A DNA stretch of 27,733 bases from a virus. The stretch lies in UHGV virus genome UHGV-0042152; one strand, written 5' to 3'. Shown in pieces: positions 24,723 to 27,733 of this stretch. A program made the translations under genes and the position numbers. Under the pieces are notes generated by a model, which saw only the letters and a list, made by a program, of their open reading frames with translations, ran no database searches and was not told the DNA's origin. How positions within the stretch are numbered: position 1 is the stretch's first letter; the number at the start of each line of letters is the position of its first letter.

Positions 24723-25300
24723 GCGCAGAACTCATGCGACTGCTGAGCAACATCATCCGCACCGGGATCATCTCTGAAGTTGATGAGAAGTCCTGGCGCG
24801 TGCGCGTTCGCAGCGGCGAACTGGAAACAGGCTGGTTGCGCTGGAACACCACGCGCGCGGGAGCCTTCAATGTGTGGCTGCCGCCATCACCAGGCGAACA
24901 GGTGGTAATTGCCTGCATTGGCGGCAACCCGGAAACCGCCATGATAATTGGCAGCCTGTGGAGTGATGCCAGTCCGGCCCCCGGCAAAAGCCTGAAAGAA
25001 ATCGTGGTCAGCGCGCCGGATGGCGCGGTGTTCCGCTACGACGCAGACGCTGGCGCACTGAGCGCCAGCGGCATGAAAACAGCCACCCTGCAGGCATCCG
25101 TCAGCGTGACACTGGATACGCCCGTCGTGGAATGCACAAACCTTCTGAGAACAGCGACGCTTGACGTCACAAAAGGGGGAAAGATGAGCGGCAATATCAC
25201 GCACAGCGGCGGCAATTTCACCTCAAACGGTATCACAGTGCATACGCATAAACACGGTGGCGTTAAAGGTGGCAGCGATTCGACAGGAGACCCGCAGTGA
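24719..25300 (+). CDS. V: Baseplate spike protein gpV
   Basis: Matches P2 gpV as recalled (IRTGII, LRW, SPGEQV, FPDGAV, VTLDTPVVECTN, KGGKMSGNI-H-GG, HTHKH). GTG start at 24719; an alternative ATG lies at 24734. Confidence 0.85.
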   Translation: MSAELMRLLSNIIRTGIISEVDEKSWRVRVRSGELETGWLRWNTTRAGAFNVWLPPSPGEQVVIACIGGNPETAMIIGSLWSDASPAPGKSLKEIVVSAPDGAVFRYDADAGALSASGMKTATLQASVSVTLDTPVVECTNLLRTATLDVTKGGKMSGNITHSGGNFTSNGITVHTHKHGGVKGGSDSTGDPQ

Positions 25301-25647
25301 CAACCCGCTACACAGGAATGAATCCGGACGGGACGGGAAACCTGAACGATACGGAGCACCTGAAACAGTCAGTCAGGGACATCCTGACCACCCCGCTGGC
25401 CAGCCGGGTTATGCGACGGGAATATGGCAGCCTTGTACCTGATTTGATTGACGAACCCATGAATAACACCACGCGTCTGCAATGCATGAGTGCTGCCGTG
25501 ATTGCGCTGACACGATGGGAACCCCGCATTGCCCTGGACGCCATCGACGTTGTCTGGAAGGCAGGAGGCCGCGCCGGGGTGACGCTGTCGGGCACTGTCA
25601 TGCAGACCATGCAGAATGTTGAGTTAACCATCACGCTGAGGGAGTAA
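25297..25647 (+). CDS. W: Baseplate wedge protein gpW
   Basis: MTTRYTGMN...DILTTPLASRVMRREYGSL matches P2 gpW (MTARYLGMN...DILRTPVGSRVMRRDYGSL). GTG start overlapping the V stop. Confidence 0.85.
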   Translation: MTTRYTGMNPDGTGNLNDTEHLKQSVRDILTTPLASRVMRREYGSLVPDLIDEPMNNTTRLQCMSAAVIALTRWEPRIALDAIDVVWKAGGRAGVTLSGTVMQTMQNVELTITLRE

Positions 25648-25650
25648 ATC

Positions 25651-26547
25651 ATGCCTGCTGTTGACCTTTCCCAGTTACCGGAACCCGCCATCATCGCGGA
25701 GCCTGATTTTGAGGCAATTCTGGCTGACACAAAGGCCATGATGATTGCGTCCTATCCTGCCGAACAGCGTGAAGCCGTCTCCGCCGCGCTGGAGCTGGAA
25801 TCGGAACCCCTGAACGTTATCGCTCAAACCATGTCTTTTCGTGAAATGCTGTTACGCCAGCGGGTTAACGAGGGCGCACGCGCCTGCATGTTAAGCCACG
25901 GTTCAGGGACAAATCTGGACAACCTCGCGGGCAATATGAACACAAAGCGCCTGGTTATCACTCCGGCAACGGATACCACCGACGCGGTGATGGAGAGCGA
26001 CACCTCGCTGAGATTGCGGGCGCAGCGGGCGTACGACGGCCTGAGTGTTGCTGGCCCGTCAGGTGCATACGAGTATTTTGCCCGCAGCGCCAGCGGTCTG
26101 GTGCGCGATGCGCGGGCTATCAGTCCGTCTCCGGCCTGTGTGACGGTTTCCATCCTGTCCACTGAAGGCGACGGCACAGCAACGGAGGCGTTGCTTAATA
26201 CCGTTCGCGCCGTTCTGAATGCAGAGGATACCCGCCCGGTGGCCGACCGCCTGACGGTACAGAGCGCCAGAATCGTGACATGGCGGCTGAATGCAAAACT
26301 GTACTTTTACCCCGGCCCGGAATCCGAACCTATTCTGGCCGCGGCGGAATCGTCATTCAGGAAGTGGCTGGCTGAACAGGGGCTTATCGGTCAGGACGTG
26401 GCGTTGTCCGCCATTGCTGCCGCACTTCATGTGCACGGCGTGCAACGCGTGGAGATAATCGAACCCACACAGAATATGGCCATCAGCGACATACAGGCGG
26501 CGCGCTGTGAGTCATTTACCATCAGCGAAGGTGGGCGCAATGAGTAA
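25651..26547 (+). CDS. J: Baseplate assembly protein gpJ
   Basis: 298 aa (P2 J is 302 aa). Position between W and I. GGGAG RBS. Confidence 0.8.
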   Translation: MPAVDLSQLPEPAIIAEPDFEAILADTKAMMIASYPAEQREAVSAALELESEPLNVIAQTMSFREMLLRQRVNEGARACMLSHGSGTNLDNLAGNMNTKRLVITPATDTTDAVMESDTSLRLRAQRAYDGLSVAGPSGAYEYFARSASGLVRDARAISPSPACVTVSILSTEGDGTATEALLNTVRAVLNAEDTRPVADRLTVQSARIVTWRLNAKLYFYPGPESEPILAAAESSFRKWLAEQGLIGQDVALSAIAAALHVHGVQRVEIIEPTQNMAISDIQAARCESFTISEGGRNE

Positions 26548-27148
26548 TTCACTGTTACCGCCATCAGCCAGCAGTTTCATGCGTTGTGCCGAAGCCGTCG
26601 GAACACGCATTACAGACATTCCGGTAGACCTCAATACGCTGTGGTCGCCGGATACCTGCCCGGTGCATCTGCTGCCTTATCTCGCCTGGGCGTTTTCCGT
26701 TGACCGCTGGGATCGCAACTGGCCGGAAGAGACAAAGCGACAGGTAATTCGTGATGCATGGCTGATACACCGACACAAAGGGACCATCAGCGCACTGCGA
26801 AGAGCCGTGGAGCCTCTCGGCTACCTGATTGAAGTAAAGGAGTGGTGGCAACTCAACGAGGAGCCAGGAACATTTCGCATTGTTGTCGGAGTACTTGATC
26901 AGGGCATCACCGATGAAATGTATCAGGAACTTGAGCGCCTTGTTGCGGATGCAAAACCAGTAAGTCGCCATCTGACGGGGCTGGCGATCAGCCTGAGTGT
27001 GAACGGAAAGATTTTCGTTGGTACGGGATGCTATCACGGCGATGCCCTGACGGTTTATCCCTACACCCCGGAGTCCATTATTGTCGAAGGGGATTATTTC
27101 CCTGCCCCGGCCATTCATTTAATTGATAATCTGAGAGTAAACGCATGA
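26540..27148 (+). CDS. I: Baseplate/tail fibre-associated protein gpI
   Basis: MSNSLLPP...LWSPDTCPVHLLPYLAWAFSVDRWD matches the P2 gpI N-terminus as recalled (MSARLLPP...LWNPDTCPAALLPYLAWALSVDRWD). Start at the ATG at 26540. Confidence 0.8.
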   Translation: MSNSLLPPSASSFMRCAEAVGTRITDIPVDLNTLWSPDTCPVHLLPYLAWAFSVDRWDRNWPEETKRQVIRDAWLIHRHKGTISALRRAVEPLGYLIEVKEWWQLNEEPGTFRIVVGVLDQGITDEMYQELERLVADAKPVSRHLTGLAISLSVNGKIFVGTGCYHGDALTVYPYTPESIIVEGDYFPAPAIHLIDNLRVNA

Positions 27149-27733
27149 CAGTGAAATACTACGCCATTCTGACTAATCAGGGCGCAGCACGACTGGCTAA
27201 CGCGACGATGCTCGGCAGTAAGCTGAATCTGACGCAAATGGCCGTTGGTGATGCAAATGGTGTGTTACCAACACCAGACCCTGCACAAACAAAACTGATT
27301 AACCAGAAACGCATTGCACCGCTGAATCTTCTGAGTGTTGACCCTAACAATCAGAGCCAGATTATTGCGGAGCAAATCATCCCTGAAAGCGAGGGAGGAT
27401 TCTGGATCCGTGAGATTGGTCTTTATGATGATAAAGGTGTACTCATTGCGGTAGCAAACTGCCCGGAAACGTACAAACCGCAGTTGCAGGAAGGCAGTGG
27501 TCGTACCCAGACTATCCGCATGATTCTGGTTGTCACGAACACCGAAGCCATCACGCTGAAAATCGACCCGTCTGTGGTTCTGGCAACCCGCAAATATGTG
27601 GATGATAAAATATCAGAGCACGAGCAGTCACGACGTCACCCGGACGCCTCGCCGACCGCAAAAGGCTTTGTTCAACTTAGCAGCGCCACCAACAGCACCT
27701 CTGAAACGCTGGCCGCAACACCGAAAGCGGTTA
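27145..27733 (+). CDS. H: Tail fibre protein gpH, N-terminal part (runs off the window)
   Basis: ATG at 27145 overlaps the I stop. Open frame to the window end (196 codons). Conserved P2-type tail-fibre N-terminus expected in this position. Confidence 0.7.
   Translation, partial: MTVKYYAILTNQGAARLANATMLGSKLNLTQMAVGDANGVLPTPDPAQTKLINQKRIAPLNLLSVDPNNQSQIIAEQIIPESEGGFWIREIGLYDDKGVLIAVANCPETYKPQLQEGSGRTQTIRMILVVTNTEAITLKIDPSVVLATRKYVDDKISEHEQSRRHPDASPTAKGFVQLSSATNSTSETLAATPKAV

Larger units (their letters stand above)
1..27733. mobile_element. P2-like temperate prophage, partial (integrase end through tail fibre gene H)
   Basis: Collinear P2 prophage gene order (int, C, early operon, A, accessory region, Q, P, O, N, M, L, X, lysis, R, S, V, W, J, I, H) with protein similarity to P2 Int, C, A, O, R, V, W, X, I as recalled from memory. 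Confidence 0.85.

Overview
The window is almost entirely a P2-like (Peduovirus-type) temperate prophage of an enterobacterial host, read from the integrase end into the tail-fibre gene H. Gene order follows the P2 prophage map: int (-), C repressor (-), a switch region with operator repeats, a long rightward early operon ending in the rolling-circle initiator gpA, an accessory region between gpA and the portal gene, then Q/P (-) and the late genes O-N-M-L-X, lysis cassette, R-S-V-W-J-I-H (+). All protein identifications rest on reading the supplied translations against remembered P2 and R1-plasmid proteins; no search was run. The most interesting part is 9.8-13.9 kb, the position where P2 carries tin/old: here it holds a ParM/ParR-type actin-like partition pair, a stand-alone ClpX-type zinc-binding domain protein, three translationally coupled small ORFs, a repeat-rich non-coding stretch and a further unknown ORF, none resembling Old or Tin. 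Other cargo: an SPFH/band-7 lipoprotein with a small membrane partner and an AT-rich two-gene island in the early operon, and a SASA-type (NanS-p-like) esterase inserted between the spanins and gpR. Two N-runs (13105-13236, 13881-13968) hide sequence, the second where cos is expected. No rRNA, tRNA or CRISPR array could be supported.
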